From: Chiloscyllium plagiosum
Taxonomy: Eukaryota
Length of the DNA stretch: 63,511 nucleotides
Assembly: GCF_004010195.1 (NCBI RefSeq)
Contig: NC_057719.1
Span: 3,108,286 to 3,171,796 of the forward strand
Direction: 5' to 3'
Shown piece after piece: positions 24,860 through 37,779 of the stretch. Within the stretch, counting starts at the first letter, position 1. Every line of letters starts with the position of its first letter. Position numbers and translations under genes: made by a program. Below the pieces are notes generated by a model. It had not been told where the DNA came from. It made no database searches and saw only the letters and a program-made list of their open reading frames with translations.

Positions 24860-27700
24860 TGAATGTTGGTGTTGTGTTTTTGGATGTTGAATTCATTCGG
24901 ATTAAACAGAGTGTGCCTTGTGTAGCAATGGCTCCTTCAGTCCCTCAGAGTTTCATTGGGGGTGGAAAAAGATCTCATTGAAGATAGTAAAGATAGTTTA
25001 CCACAGGGTACAATGGAAACCCAAGACGGGGTAGGAGAAGTAAAAAAAGTGCAGGTGTTTTCATTGCAATGAAGTAGGTTACATGAAGTCGCTGTGTTGG
25101 TGGTTTAGAAAAAGCACAGAGAAGACAGATACGCGAAAACGGGAAATGTCAGTGAATTTTCTTGAAGTGGTCGAGGGAAGCACAGTGGAAGCTAAAAAGC
25201 TGCAAAAGAATGTACAATCTGATCATGGGTTGGTGGAGAAGGGAGTACCAGATCTCTTTAAAGGATTTATTTGTGTGGGTAAGGTTTACTCATGTATGCA
25301 AGGGGAGCAGGTAAAGAAATTAAGATTTTAGGAGATACTCGAGCAAGTCAATCTTTGATGGTGACAGATGAGATATGAAATTTGGAAGGAAAATTGTCGG
25401 AAAATGTGGTATTATGGGGAATTCATGGTGAAAAGAGCAGTGTCATGGGTAGGAGTGCTGCCTCCTGTGGTTGAAAAGGCAGTGGAAAATCAGGCAACTG
25501 AGTTGCTATATAAAGTATATCTGGGATTTTCTTGACTGTGTGATAACAAAGTCACAAAGCCACTGGTTGGAAACAGGAGGAGAACTTTAAGAATAAAGAA
25601 AAGGAAGTTGAAGCTCAATTATCAAAGACCATGTTTGATCAAATGCTTCAGAGAAATTAGCTGAATTACAACAGAAAGATGAAAAACTAAAGCAGTTGCA
25701 TCAAAAAGTATACCCAGAACTGAGTGTATCCCAGAATGTTACTATCTTAAAAATGAATCTTAATGAGGAAATAGAGACCATCACATATTCAGGCAGATGA
25801 GAAATGGGCAGAAGTTTAACAACTTGTATTACCAGTGGGTTATAGAAAGGAGGTGTTGTAGGTAGCACGTGTACTACCAGTAGGAGATCATTTAGGGGGT
25901 AAGAAAAACTCAAGCTAAAATACAAAAACATTTTTACTGGCCTGAACTTTATAAGGACGTAATTGAATTTTGCTAGACATGTTATTTGTGCCAGGTAATT
26001 GGAAAACATCAGAGTGATAAAACCTGCACCTTTAATACCCATTCCTGCATTTGAGGAACCTTTCGCAAGTCTTAATTGCATAGGACCCCTGCATAAAACA
26101 AAAAGTGAGAATCAGTATCTGTTGACCATAATGGATGTGTCCTCGAGATTTCCAGAGGCCATTCCATGAGGCAGTATCATGGCTGAAAGAATTGGAGTGG
26201 AGTCACACATTTTTTTTACTAGATGACCCACTGGGATACAATCAGATCAAAGGTCAAATCTTACATCAAAGTTATTCAAGGAAGATGTGGAAAAGTTAGG
26301 AATAAAACAATTCTAATCCACTGTGCACCATCTATAATCGCAGGGAACATTAGAACGGTGGCATCAAACTTGAAAGACTATGTTGAGGGCTCATTGTCAG
26401 AGGATTGGAATAAAGGAATTCTGTTTTGTACTTTTTACAATTAGGGATGCACTTAATGAATCAACTAAATTCAGTCCACTAGATTTTGGGCATGAGGTGA
26501 AAGAACCATAAAAATTAATTAAGGAGAAATTGGTGAGCCAGAGCTCAGAGACCACATATTTGGACTATGTTTCAAATTTTAGGGAAAGATTAAATAGCGT
26601 GGGTGAGTTGGCAAGACAGCATTTTAAAATATCACAAGAAGCAGACAAGAAATCAAAAATTCGTAGTTTCGCTCGTGGAGATGAAGGGTTAGTGTTACTT
26701 TAATGATCAGTGGACCTTTAAAGGCAAGGTTTAGTGGACCTTATCAAATTGCAAAGAGACTGAGGTCAATTATTTGTTAAAAACGGCAGATAGAAAGAAA
26801 TCTCCCAGAATATGTCATGTGGACATGTTCAAAAGGTATTCTGACAGGGAAGGAAAGCCATAGGAGAATGTGTTACTGGTTACAACACAAAGTGAACAAC
26901 CAAGTTCAGATGATTCTGAATTGGACATACCTCAAATTAAATTGGACAATGAGGATGTTCTCAAAAATTGGGATGAATTGTTGAGTTACCTTCCAAAGAA
27001 AAATCGAAGTGACCTGAAAGAGTTATTATTTTCATATGGGAAGATATGTGAGAATAAGCTGGGAAGTACTAATCTGATTATGCATGATGCAGACACAGGA
27101 AATGCTGTTCCAATTAAGCAACACCCTTATAGACCTAACCCTCTAAACTTGATACACATTCAAAAAGAGATTGAATGCATCCTCGAAGACAATGTAATCT
27201 AAGTGAGTTATAGCAACTGGAGCTCACCCATAGTAATGTTGTCAAAACCAGATGGTACCCAATGGTAATGTGTGGACTATTGCAAAGTCAATGCAGTTAC
27301 AAAGTCTGATTCATATCCTATTTCACATTTGGACGATTGCATTGAGAAAGTGGGTTTTATCGGAAATTCAAACCAGGTTTTAGCAGCGTGGCTGCTCCAT
27401 TGACTGACTTATTGAAGAAGGTCACACAACACGCACTGCTCCAATAGCTAGTGTTCCCAAAAATACCTGTTGGACTATAACCTGGTGTTATGTGATTTTT
27501 AACTTTGTCCACCCCAATCCAACACTGGCACCTCCACATTATTGAAGACTTTCAGGGAACAGCGGACTGTCAGAAGGTATTTAACAGCCTGAAAGCTGTG
27601 TTAACCACTGCCTCAGTGTTAGCCACACCTAATTATAAAAGTCCATTCAAGGTGCTACATTTTTTATTCACCGGAGAGTATTGTTGTCCAGTCACTGGAA
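24860..27700 (+). mobile_element. Degenerate Gypsy LTR-retrotransposon internal region, Gmr1-like order gag-PR-INT-RT-(RH)
   Basis: CFHCNEVGYMKSLC knuckle (~25057), GDTRASQS protease (~25331), GHLG...HFYWP and YLLTIMDVSSRFPEAIP integrase (~25880-26170), FSGPY (~26730), PIKQHPYR/WSSPIV/CVDY RT (~27110-27350), AAPLTDLLKK connection region. Confidence 0.85.
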
Positions 27701-28143
27701 GGACAGTTGTATAGTCACCATGAAGCACCAATCTTTCATCACTAGATATCACTAGTCTCTATTCAATATAACCACCCCTTCTGTCCCTGTCTTCTCCAGT
27801 CTCCCTTACTTCATCCCCTTTGCTTCCCTTAATCAGACTTTCCTTAGTTGCCTTCCTACCTTCATGTATTCACTCTCTTCTTTATCCCCTCTTTCTTACT
27901 GCCTTCCTCCTTTCCCTCCTAGCTCCCCCACACTCTGACACTCCCCNNNNNNNNNNNNNNNNNNNNNNNNNNNNNNCACATCACCCCCACACCCTGACAC
28001 TCCCCCTCACACACACACACACCTCCCTAGACACTCCCTGGCTCCTTAGAACTGCTCCCCCAGCACCACAACCCTGTCACCAATGTAAGTGTGTGGGGTG
28101 GAGAGAGAGAAATAGTCAGAGGGAGGGAGAGAGAGAGAGAGAG

Positions 28144-28672
28144 AATCATGGAGTCATAGAGATGTACAGCACAGAAGCAGATTCTTTGGTCCACATCAGA
28201 TATCCAAAATTATTCTAGTCCCATTTTTGCCAGCACTTAGCCCATTTCCCTCTAAACCCTTCCGATTCATGTGCCCATCCAGGTGCCTTTTAAATGTTGT
28301 AATTGTACCAGCCTCCACCACTCCCTCCTTCAGCTCATTGTATACACACACCACCTTCTGCTTGAAAAAGTTGCCCCTCAGGTCCTTTTTAAATCTTTCC
28401 CCTCTCACCTTAAACCTATGCCCTCTAGTTCTGGACTCCCCCACCCCAGGGAAAAGGCCTTGTCTGTTTACCCTATCCATGTCCCTCATGATTTTATAAA
28501 CCTCGATAAGGTCTCCCTCAGTCTCCGACACTCCAGGGAAAACAGCCCCAGCCAATTCAGCCTCTCCCAATAACTCAAACCCTCCAACCCTGGCAACACC
28601 CTTGTAATTCTCTTCTGAACCCTTTCAAGTTTCACATTATCCTTCCAAGACCAGAATTGTGCACAATATTCT
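28144..28672 (-). mobile_element. CR1 3' fragment
   Basis: GDLIEVYKIM...RGHRFKV...FKRHLD. Confidence 0.9.
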
Positions 28673-28974
28673 GAGCGAGAGATAAAGAGAGAGAGAGAGA
28701 GACAGAGAGAATGAGTCAGAAAGAATGAAATAGAGTGAAAATAAGTCAGAGATTGTGATAGACAGAATGAGTCAGAGAGACTCTGATAGAGAGAATGAGT
28801 CAGAAAGACTGTGATAGAGAGAATGAGTCAGAGAGACTGTGATAAAGAGTTCTGAGGAAGGGTCAGTCAGCCCAAAACATTAACTCTGATTTCTCACCAC
28901 AGATGCTCCAGTCCTGTTGAGCTGTTAAAGCAATTTCTCTTCTTATGTGTGATAGAGAGAATACCTCCGAGATA

Positions 28975-29755
28975 ATGAACAAAGAACAATACAGCACAGG
29001 AACAGGCCCTACGGCCCTCCAAGCCTGTGCTGACACATCTTGTCCTTCCATACTAAAACTGTCTTCACTTACAGGATCCATGTCCCTCTGTTCCATTCCT
29101 ATTCATGCATTTGTCCCAGTACTTCTTGAATGCTGCTATTGTGTCTGCTCTGGCAGCGCGTTCCCTGACCTTTGTGTGAAAGCCCTGCCTTGCATATCTC
29201 TTTTAAACTCCCCCCCGCCCCTTGAACCTGTGTCCCCTAGTAGTTGACCCCTCCACCCTGGGAAAAAGCCTCATGCTTCCCACACTCCCCATGCTATTCA
29301 CAATCTTATAAACTTCTATCAGGACACCCCTCAACCTCCTGCATTCCAGTCAAACCACACCCAGTCTATCCAACCTTTCGTTATAGCTAAAATCCCCCAT
29401 ACCAGGCAACAAGCCTTCTCTATACATTCTCCAAAGTATCCACATCCTTCTGGTAGTGTGATGATCAGAATTATACACAATATTCCAAGTGCGGCCTGAC
29501 TAAAGTTCTATAGAGCTGCAGCATGACTTGTCTATCCTTATACTCAATGCCCCTTCCAATGAAAGCAAGTTTGCCATCTGCCTTTTTTACTCCCTTATCT
29601 CCTGGCGCTGTTACCTTCAGTGATCTGTGCATCTGCACACACAGATCCTCTGTACATTAATACTCCTAAATTCTGCCATTCACTGTATAATTTCCACTTG
29701 GACTTGACCTTCCAAAATGCATCACCTCACATTTGTCCAGATTAACCATCATCTA
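28975..29755 (-). mobile_element. CR1 3' fragment
   Basis: Reverse-complement CEVMHFG and RPHLEYC coding plus GGGCCTGTTCCTGTGCTGTA 3' UTR. Confidence 0.8.
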
Positions 29756-29975
29756 CTATTTTTCTACCCATGGGAATGAGTCAGAGTGAAAGTAAGTGTG
29801 AAATAGAGAATCAGAGTGAGAGACAGAAAAAGCCAAAGAGAGGGAGAGTGAAAGGGTGAGAGGAAAGATAGAGTGAAAGAGTGAAAATAAGTCAGAGTGA
29901 AAATGAACTGGAGAGAGTAATAGTGGTGCTGGAAGAGCACAGCAGTTCAGGCAGCATCCGAGGAGCAGTAAAATT

Positions 29976-30003
29976 GACGTTTCGGGCAAAAGCCCTTCGT
30001 CAG
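29976..30003 (-). ncRNA. Minimal hammerhead ribozyme motif
   Basis: CTGACGA-A-GGGC(TTTT)GCCC-GAAA-CGTC; differs from the + copy only at the variable N7 position. Confidence 0.7.
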
Positions 30004-30009
30004 GAATTC

Positions 30010-30037
30010 CTGATGAAGGGCTTTTGCCCGAAACGTC
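30010..30037 (+). ncRNA. Minimal hammerhead ribozyme motif
   Basis: CTGATGA-A-GGGC(TTTT)GCCC-GAAA-CGTC: core boxes, 4-bp stem II, palindromic ACGT helix III, GUC site. Confidence 0.7.
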
Positions 30038-30139
30038 GATTTTCCTGCTCCTCGGATGCTGCCTGAACTGCTGTGCTCTTCCAGCACACTAATCAAAAAT
30101 CGGTTTCCAGCATCTGCAGTCATTGTTTTTACCCTGGAG

Positions 30140-31090
30140 AGAAGAATAACAGAGGGAAAGTGATAGAGTGGTGGAGTGGTATAGAAGGGACAGAGAGAGG
30201 GGAAGTGAATGTGAGGTAAGTAGTGAGAGAGTTATGAAAGATGGAGGAGACGGAGTGAGAGAGTGATGGATGGGAGGGACAGACAGTGTGGGAGGGAGGG
30301 ACTAAGTGTGGGAGGGATGGATGGAGGGAATGAGTGAGTGCAAGATGGAGGGAGACAGTGTGGGAAGGATAGAGGAGGAAGGAGAGTGTGATGGGGAGAG
30401 AGTGCGCAATGGAAGGAGACAGTGTGTGTTATGGGGAGAGNNNNNNNNNNNNNNNNNNNNNNNNNNNNNNNNNNNNNNNNNNNNNNNNNNNNNNNNNNNN
30501 NNNNNNNNNNNNNNNNNNNNNNNNNNNNNNNNNNNNNNNNNNNNNNNNNNNNNNNNNNNNNNNNNNNNNNNNNNNNNNNNNNNNNNNNNNNNNNNNNNNN
30601 NNNNNNNNNNNNNNNNNNNNNNNNNNNNNNNNNNNNNNNNNNNNNNNNNNNNNNNNNNNNNNNNNNNNNNNNNNNNNNNNNNNNNNNNNNNNNTTGGAGG
30701 GAGAGAGTGATGGTGGGAGAGTGTGAGATGGGGAAGGAGAGAGAGTGTGTGATGGAGGGAGAGTGTGATGGAGGGAGAGAGTATGATGGAGGGGAAGAGA
30801 GTGTGAGATGGAGGGAGAGAGAGTATGATGGAGGGGAAGAGACAATGTGATGGAGGGAGCGAGCAGGCCGCTGGTTGTCCGGGCGGGGTGAGGTGAGGGT
30901 TGAGCCTGAGGAGCAATGTGAGTATAATCCTCAGTCGGAGGGTGAGGAATCCGGCTCCTCTGGGGCTTCTGCAGTTTTTGTTTCTCTCTCTGTCTGTGTC
31001 TGTCCCTCTCTTTCTCGGAGTCATTGTCTCTCTCCCTCAGTCTCTTTGCCTTTCTCTCTCTCTCTGGCTGTGCCTCTCTCCTTCTCCCTG
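30140..31090. repeat. GA-rich then CT-rich low-complexity tract with a gap
   Basis: GATGGAGGGAGAGAGT-like repeats; (TC)n at ~30980-31090. Confidence 0.85.
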
Positions 31091-31099
31091 CCCCACAGA

Positions 31100-31546
31100 C
31101 TGGGTTCCGGGCAATGCCCAGCCTGAGGAAGGTGGTAGTGCCTGGGGAAGCTCGGTGCTGTGTAGAGGGAGAGTCCGGGGGGAGAGGGAGCTGCGTGTTT
31201 GCGAGCGGACTCAGTGAGTGAGGGCAGCGCCGGCTGTAAACCGTGCACACAGCAAGCTGCTCCCGGCTCACTCCAACCACAACTTCCATTTGAGCAGCGC
31301 CCACTTCCTCCCCTCGGCTCCGGCCAAAGTTCGCCGATTCTCCAGGAGCAGCTCTCAGAGACGAGGGCCGAAGATGACAGCGGTCTGCCGGGGAAGATGA
31401 GCGGATTTTCCAACGAGGTGCTTTGGAAACGGGCTGCTAACTCCTGCAGCTGATCCGAGGGGCCGGGCTCTGAGCTGCTGAAACCTGTGAATTCCTCAGC
31501 CTCTGGTAACTTGCTCTTTACCCACTCTCAGGTCAATACGGTGAGG
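31100..31546 (+). promoter_or_regulatory. CpG-rich unique region, candidate TUNAR promoter and first exon
   Basis: The most CpG-dense non-repeat stretch in the window; candidate donors G|GTAACT (31506) and CG|GTGAGG (31541); link to TUNAR is inferred. Confidence 0.5.
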
Positions 31547-31889
31547 ACTGGTTTCACTCCTAGAGTCTCTGTGTGAGTGTGTGCGCTTCCAGTGTGTCTC
31601 TGCTGTTTTCACTGGACTCTCTCTGACTGCTGACAATTCCTCCTGTTGAGGGGAGTAGCCCCTACAAACACAGAGCCCCTACCTACACTGTGCCCACTGT
31701 AGAGACTGGATCCTGGGCTGTGCCTACTGTCCCCTGGTACCATGCAGTGATATGGTGGTCATGTCCATAGCCGCTAGTCTCCCGATGGAGTTTGGGTTCA
31801 AATTCCACTGTAGTAGAGATGGTGGGATTTAAACTCAATTTTTAAATAGCTGGCCAGGTGGTGCCCAATAGTCTTGTTGAATCACAAAT

Positions 31890-32680
31890 AGTTAGTTTGC
31901 AGGTGCAGTAGGTACTTAAGGCAGATGGGCAAAAGTGAGGACTGCAGATGCTGGAAATCAGAGTCCATATTAGAGTGGTGCTGGAAAAGCACAGCACGTC
32001 AGGTAACATCCAAGGAGCAGGAAAATCAACGTTTCAGGCAAAAGCCCTTCGTCAGGCAAATGCAATATTGTCCTTCATTGCGCGAGGTAGATTATGTTGC
32101 AGCTGTACAGGGTGCTGGTGAGGGCACACCTGGGTTACTGTGTACAGTTTTGGTCTCCTTCCTTGAGAAAGGATGTACTGGCACTGGAGGGGGTGCAGAG
32201 GAGGTTCGCTAGGTTGGTTCCAGAGTTGAGGGGATTGCCTTATGAGGAGAGATTGTGTAGACTGGGACTAAATCTATTGGAATTTAGAAGAATGAGAGGG
32301 AATCTTATAGGAATGTATAAAATTATGAAGGGAATAGATAAGATAGAAGCAGGGAAGTTATTTCCACTGGCCGGTGAAACTAGAACGAGGGAGCATAGCC
32401 CAAAATCAGGGGGAGCAGGTTTCAGACTGAGTTAAGGAGGAACTTCTCCACCCAGAGAGTTGGGAATCTGTGGAATTCCCTGCCCAGGGAAGCAGTTGAG
32501 GCTACCTCATTGAATGTTTTAAGGCAAAGATAAATTTTTGCACAGTAATGGAATTAAGGGTATGGTGAGTGGGCGGGTAAGTGGAGCTGAGTCCATGAAA
32601 AGATCAGTCATGATCTTATTGAATGGTGGAGCAGGCTTGATGGGCCAGACGGCCTACTCCTGCTCCTAGCTCTTATGGTC
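31890..32680 (+). mobile_element. CR1 3' fragment with a short Penelope-like insertion (~31928-32054)
   Basis: ORF 32094-32435 RAHLGYCVQFWSP...EGVQRRF. Confidence 0.85.
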
Positions 32681-33228
32681 TTAACCAAAAAAAACCCACC
32701 TGGGTCATTAAAGTCGTTTAGGGAAGGAAACTGCCATCCCTACCTGGTCTGCTTTACATGTGACTCCAGACCCACAGCAATGTGGTTGACTCTTAGCTGC
32801 CCTCTGGGCAATTATGGATGGGCAATAAATGCTGGGTCTAGCCAGAGACGCCCACAATCCTGTGAGCAAATTATAAAAAAAAGCACTTTCGCTGTGGCCT
32901 AACCAATGCTTAATATAATTTCAGCATAACCTCCCAACTCAAACTCTATGCCTCAGCGAATAAAGTTGAAATCACACAACTCCAGGTTCTAGTCCAACAG
33001 GTTTATTTGGAAGTATAAACTTTCGGAATACTGCTCCTTCATCACCTGAACTTTGTCCACCCCTGTCCAATACCAGCTCCTCAAAATCAGTGAATATATG
33101 CAAACCAGACAGTTAGGTATAGGCCTGTAGCTTTCAAAGGTGTGAGGGCTACAGCAGTGAATGAGCAAGTCAGGGAGAAAATTGAGTGATATTCTGGTCT
33201 TCATGATAGTAGGGTTTTGTGATTAGAA

Positions 33229-33757
33229 TCTGGATTAGTGGTGCTGGAAGAGCACAGCAGTTCAGGCAGCATCCAAGGAGCTTCGAAATCGACGTTTTGG
33301 GCAAAAGCCCTTCATCAGGAATAAAGGCAGTGAGCCGGGAGCGTGGAGAGATAAGCTAGGGGAGGGTGGGGGGGGGGAGAAAGTAGCATAGNNNNNNGTT
33401 GAAGTGTTCCGAGGCAGAAGATGAGGCGTTCTTCCTCCAGGCGTCTGGTGGTGAGAGAGCGGCAGTGAGACCTGCCTATCTCCTTTTCCATCTATCCACT
33501 CCACCCTCGCCTCCCTGACCTATCACCTTCATCCCCTCCCCCACTCACCCATTGTACTCTATGCTACTTTCTCCCCACCCCCACCCTCCTCTAGCTTATC
33601 TCTCCACGCTCCAGGCTCACTGCCTTTATTCCTGATGAAGGGCTTTTGCCTGAAACGTCAATTTCAAAGCCCCTTGGATGCTGCCTGAACTGCTGTGCTC
33701 TTCCAGCACCACTAATCCAGAATCTGGTTTCCAGCATCTGCAGTCATTGTTTTTATC
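33229..33757. mobile_element. Penelope-like insertion with inverted termini
   Basis: Inverted arms ~33229-33390 and ~33560-33725; TTTTGTGATTAGAA at 33215-33228 and 33758-33771; hammerhead-like motif at 33632-33659. Confidence 0.85.
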
Positions 33758-35094
33758 TTTTGTGATTAGAAACCCACATAACAGTCAAAGCTGTGCACTC
33801 CCTCATTTAGCCTCAGATTATTCTCGGGAGAAGGGTGGGTTTAGTGGAACAGAGTTTGGAGTGGGGACCAGAAACAGTGGTATCAGTCCTCCCCATATTT
33901 AATTGGAAAATAAATTCTATTCATCCTGTCCTGGATGTTGGATAAGTTAGTAACAGAGGAGGGATTGAGAGAGGTGATGGTCATGTTGGAGGGTTGTCAG
34001 CTTTAAATGTATGAACTAATGCTGTGCTTTTAGACAATGTTACTAAGGGCAGCGTGGAGGTGGTAAATAGGGGGCCTAAGGATAGAGTCTTCGGGACACC
34101 AGAGGCAATGGAGCTGGGGCAGGAAGGGAAGAGAGTGTAAGCTCGTCTGGCTGTGATAGATGCACCATAATGGACCCAGGTGGAAGCAGTCTAATCCAGC
34201 CGAACGAGAGTGGAGAGATGTTGAGGCAGGATGGTGTGGTTCACTGTGTCAAAGGCTTCAGACAGGTCAGGAAGTTTTTCTTTTATTCATTTGTGGGATG
34301 TGGGTGTCACTGGCTGGGCCCAGTATTTATTACCCATCCCTAGTTGCCCCTTGAGAAGGTGGGGGGTGAGCTGCCTTCTTGAACTGCTGCAGTCCATGTG
34401 CTGTAGGTCCAGGATTTTGACCCAGTGACACTGAAGGAACGGTGATATATTTCTAAATCAGGATGTGAGTAGCTTGGAGGGGAATGTGAAAGTGGTGGTT
34501 TTCTGCTGACTTTGTCTATTTAGATGATTTGATTTATTGTTGTCACATGTACCTAAGTACAGTGAAAAGCTTTGTTTGCAAGCATTACAGGCAGATCATA
34601 GCAAACAAGGACATACAGATCATAGGGTGCTTAGACCGATGGAGGCATACAGAAGTGGAAATGGTCCTGGGTTTGGAAGGTGCTATATGAGGATCTTTGG
34701 TGAATTTCTGCAGTGCGTCTTGTAGATGGTACACACTGCTGCTACTGAGCGTCGGTGGTGGAGGGGGTGGATGCTGAGAAATAGTGAGTGGGAAGTTTAC
34801 CTTCCTCACAATCACAGAGGATGTTATTTTGGACTTTGTTTTCGGTTCTGTGACAGGAACAGAAACCTGATTGACTCAAACACGGAGTTCCAGGAAGAAT
34901 GGGCAAGGATTTTGGGAGGCAAGTTTATTTTTAATTCATTCACAGGATGTGAACATGATTGGTTAGGATCTGGAATTAATAATCTAACGATAACTGTGTA
35001 ACCAATATTCCATTGTCAGAGAAACCCTTCAGGTTCACTCATGTCCTCTAGGGAAATAAATCTGCTGTCCTTACCTGGTCTGGCCAACATGTTG

Positions 35095-37240
35095 TTAGAG
35101 TCGTAGAGTCATACAACATGGAAACAGACCCTTCAGTCCAACTCAATGCTGATCTGGTTTCCCAAACTGAACTAGTCTCATTTTCCAGCATTTGCCCCAT
35201 ATCCCTTTGAACCTTCCTATTCATGTAGCTGTCCAAATATCTTTTAACTGTACCTATACCTATTACTTTTTCTGGCAGCTCATTCCATTTACATATCACC
35301 CTCTGTATGAAAAGGTAACCCCTTTTAAAACTTCCCTGTCTCAAACCTAAGCCCTTTGGTTTTGAACTCCCCAACCCTAAGGACAGGACCTTTGCTATTC
35401 ACCTTATCTATGGCCCTCATCATTTATAAACCTCTATAACCCCTCAACTTCTTACGCTTTAGGGAAAAATGTCCCAGCTTCTCCTTTTAACTCAAACCCT
35501 CCTCTCCCTGTAACATTCTTCTAGATTTTTGCAGTACCCTTTCCAATGTAATAATATTCTTCCTATAACCGGTGACCAGAACTGTACACACTACCCCAAA
35601 TGTGGCCTCACCAATGTCCTGTACAGCTGCAACATGGTGTACCAACTCTTACACTCAATGGTCTAACCAATGAAGGCATGCATGCTAAACATCTTCTTCA
35701 CCACCAGGTCTACTTGTGACACCACTTTCAAGGAACTATATACCCGAGTCTCTAAGTCTCTCTGCTCAACAACACCCCACAGGGCCCTACCACTAAGTGT
35801 ATACGTCCTGCCTTGATTTTCCTTACCAAAATGCAACACCTCATATTTATCTAAATTCAACCCCATCTGCCAATCCTCAGTCCATTTGTCCATCTGATCA
35901 AGATCCTGTTGTAATCTGACATAACCTTCTTCACTATACCACCAATTTTGGTGTTATCTGCAAAAGTATGAACCATGCTTCCCACATTCTAATCCAAATC
36001 ATTCATAAAAATTACAAACAAAAGTAGACCCAGTACCGATCCCTATAGGACACCATTGGTCAAAGACTTCAGCTTAAAAACAACCATCAACCATCTCCTT
36101 CAGTCTCCTACTATCAAGCCAACTTTGTATCCAATTAGTTTGCTCTCCCTGGATCCCATGTGATCTATCTTCACTAACCAGTTTACCATGCGGATCCCTG
36201 TCAGTGGCCTTGCTAAAGTCCACATGGACAACATCTACCGCCCTACCCTCATCAGCCTTCTTGGTCACATCCTCAAAAGGCTGAATCAGATTGTGAGACA
36301 TGATTTCCCACACATAACACGATGCTGACTATCCCTAATCATTCCTTGACTTTCCAAATGCCTCTCTCAGCATGTTCTTCAACAACCCACCCGCCATTCA
36401 AACTCATTGGTCTATAGTTCCCTGGCTTTTCCTTGCAGCCTTTCTGAAGAAAAGACACAACATTAGTAACCCACTTGTCTTATGGCACCTCACCCATGGC
36501 TGCAGATGATATAACTATTTCTACTAGGGGCCTCACAATTTCTTCCCTAACTTCCCACAATGTCCTAGGATACACCTGATCAGGTCCTGGGGATTTATGT
36601 ACTTCTATGCTTTTTAAGACCTCCAGCACCTTCTCTTCTGTAATGTGAACTGTTTTCAAGACATCACTATTTATTTCCCCAAGTTGTCTAGCTTCCATGT
36701 CTTCCTCCACTGTAAATACTGACAGAAATATTCATTAAGTATCTCACCCATCTATACATGGGTGGTTCCACACATAGATGACCTCATTGATATTTAAGAG
36801 GCCCTATTCTCTGCCTAGGTACACTTTTGCCTTTAATATACTTATAGAATATCTTTGGATTCTCTTCAACCTTATCTGTTAAAGCTTTCTCATGTCCCCC
36901 TTTTGCCCTCCAAATCTCCTCTTTAAGTATGCCCCTACTCTCCATAGAAGGATTCACCTGATCCCAGTTGTCTATATCTTACATATGCCTCCTTTTGTTT
37001 ACAAGAGCCTCAATATCTTTAGTCATCCACTGTTCCCTTCTCCTATCAGCCTTGTACTTCACACTAACAGGAATATACTGCCCCAGAAGTCTCATTATCT
37101 CGCATTTGAAAGCCTCCCACTTGCCAGGTGTCCTTTTAGCTGTGAACAGCCTTCCCCAATCAACTTTTGGAAGTTCCTGTCTAATAACTTCAAAACTGGC
37201 CTTGCTCCAATAACTTTATCTTTTAACTATCCTTTTCCAT
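35095..37240 (-). mobile_element. Degenerate CR1, about 2.1 kb
   Basis: KSPGPDQVYPRTL, VDFSKA and LDKYEVLHFG motifs; CR1 tail near 35100. Confidence 0.9.
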
Positions 37241-37779
37241 AACCTCAATGTGGTTGACTCTTAATTGCCTTCTGGGTAATTAGGGATGGGCAATAAATGT
37301 TGGCTTAGCCAGTGACACCCGCATCCTATGAAACGTAGCTTGGAGTTGGGAATGGTAGATTTCAAGTTCAGTAGATTGAAGGGATGATATTTTGAGGACT
37401 ATGAGCTTCGAATTAGAAGTGTATTGTGGATTTATGAACTACAAATGCAGGAGATGGGTACAACATGGTTTGGGTTTGACTGGATTAGAGATAAAAGGAT
37501 GAGAAGTGAAGAGGGTCCTTTGTGCTTCTGAACAAAAGGTGAGTGTAGCTGGGTGGACTGCACTGGAACTAGACCCAATGGAATGGAAACTGACAGAACT
37601 GCAGATGCTGGAAACCAAACAAAAACAAAAATTGCTGCAAAAGCCCAGCAGGTCTGGCAGCATCTGTTGAGAGAAGTCAGAGTTAGCGTTTCGAGTCTGG
37701 ATGTGACTCTTCTTCAGAACAGAGAGAGGTAGAAATGTGATAGGTTACAGACAAAGACCCGAGAAGTAGCAGGCTATGA

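Larger units (their letters stand above)
29917..30133. mobile_element. Palindromic Penelope-like terminal insertion carrying two hammerhead cores
   Basis: Arms 29921-30006 and 30007-30091 centred on GAATTC; candidate TSD CTGGAGAGA at 29908-29916 and 30134-30142. Confidence 0.85.

Noticed and set aside
31205..31232. REST/NRSE site in the candidate promoter
   Set aside because: Only a partial right half-site (GGGCAGCGCC); the TTCAGCACC half is absent
30302..31304. Long ORFs of 240-291 aa
   Set aside because: Run through Ns and GA-rich low-complexity sequence
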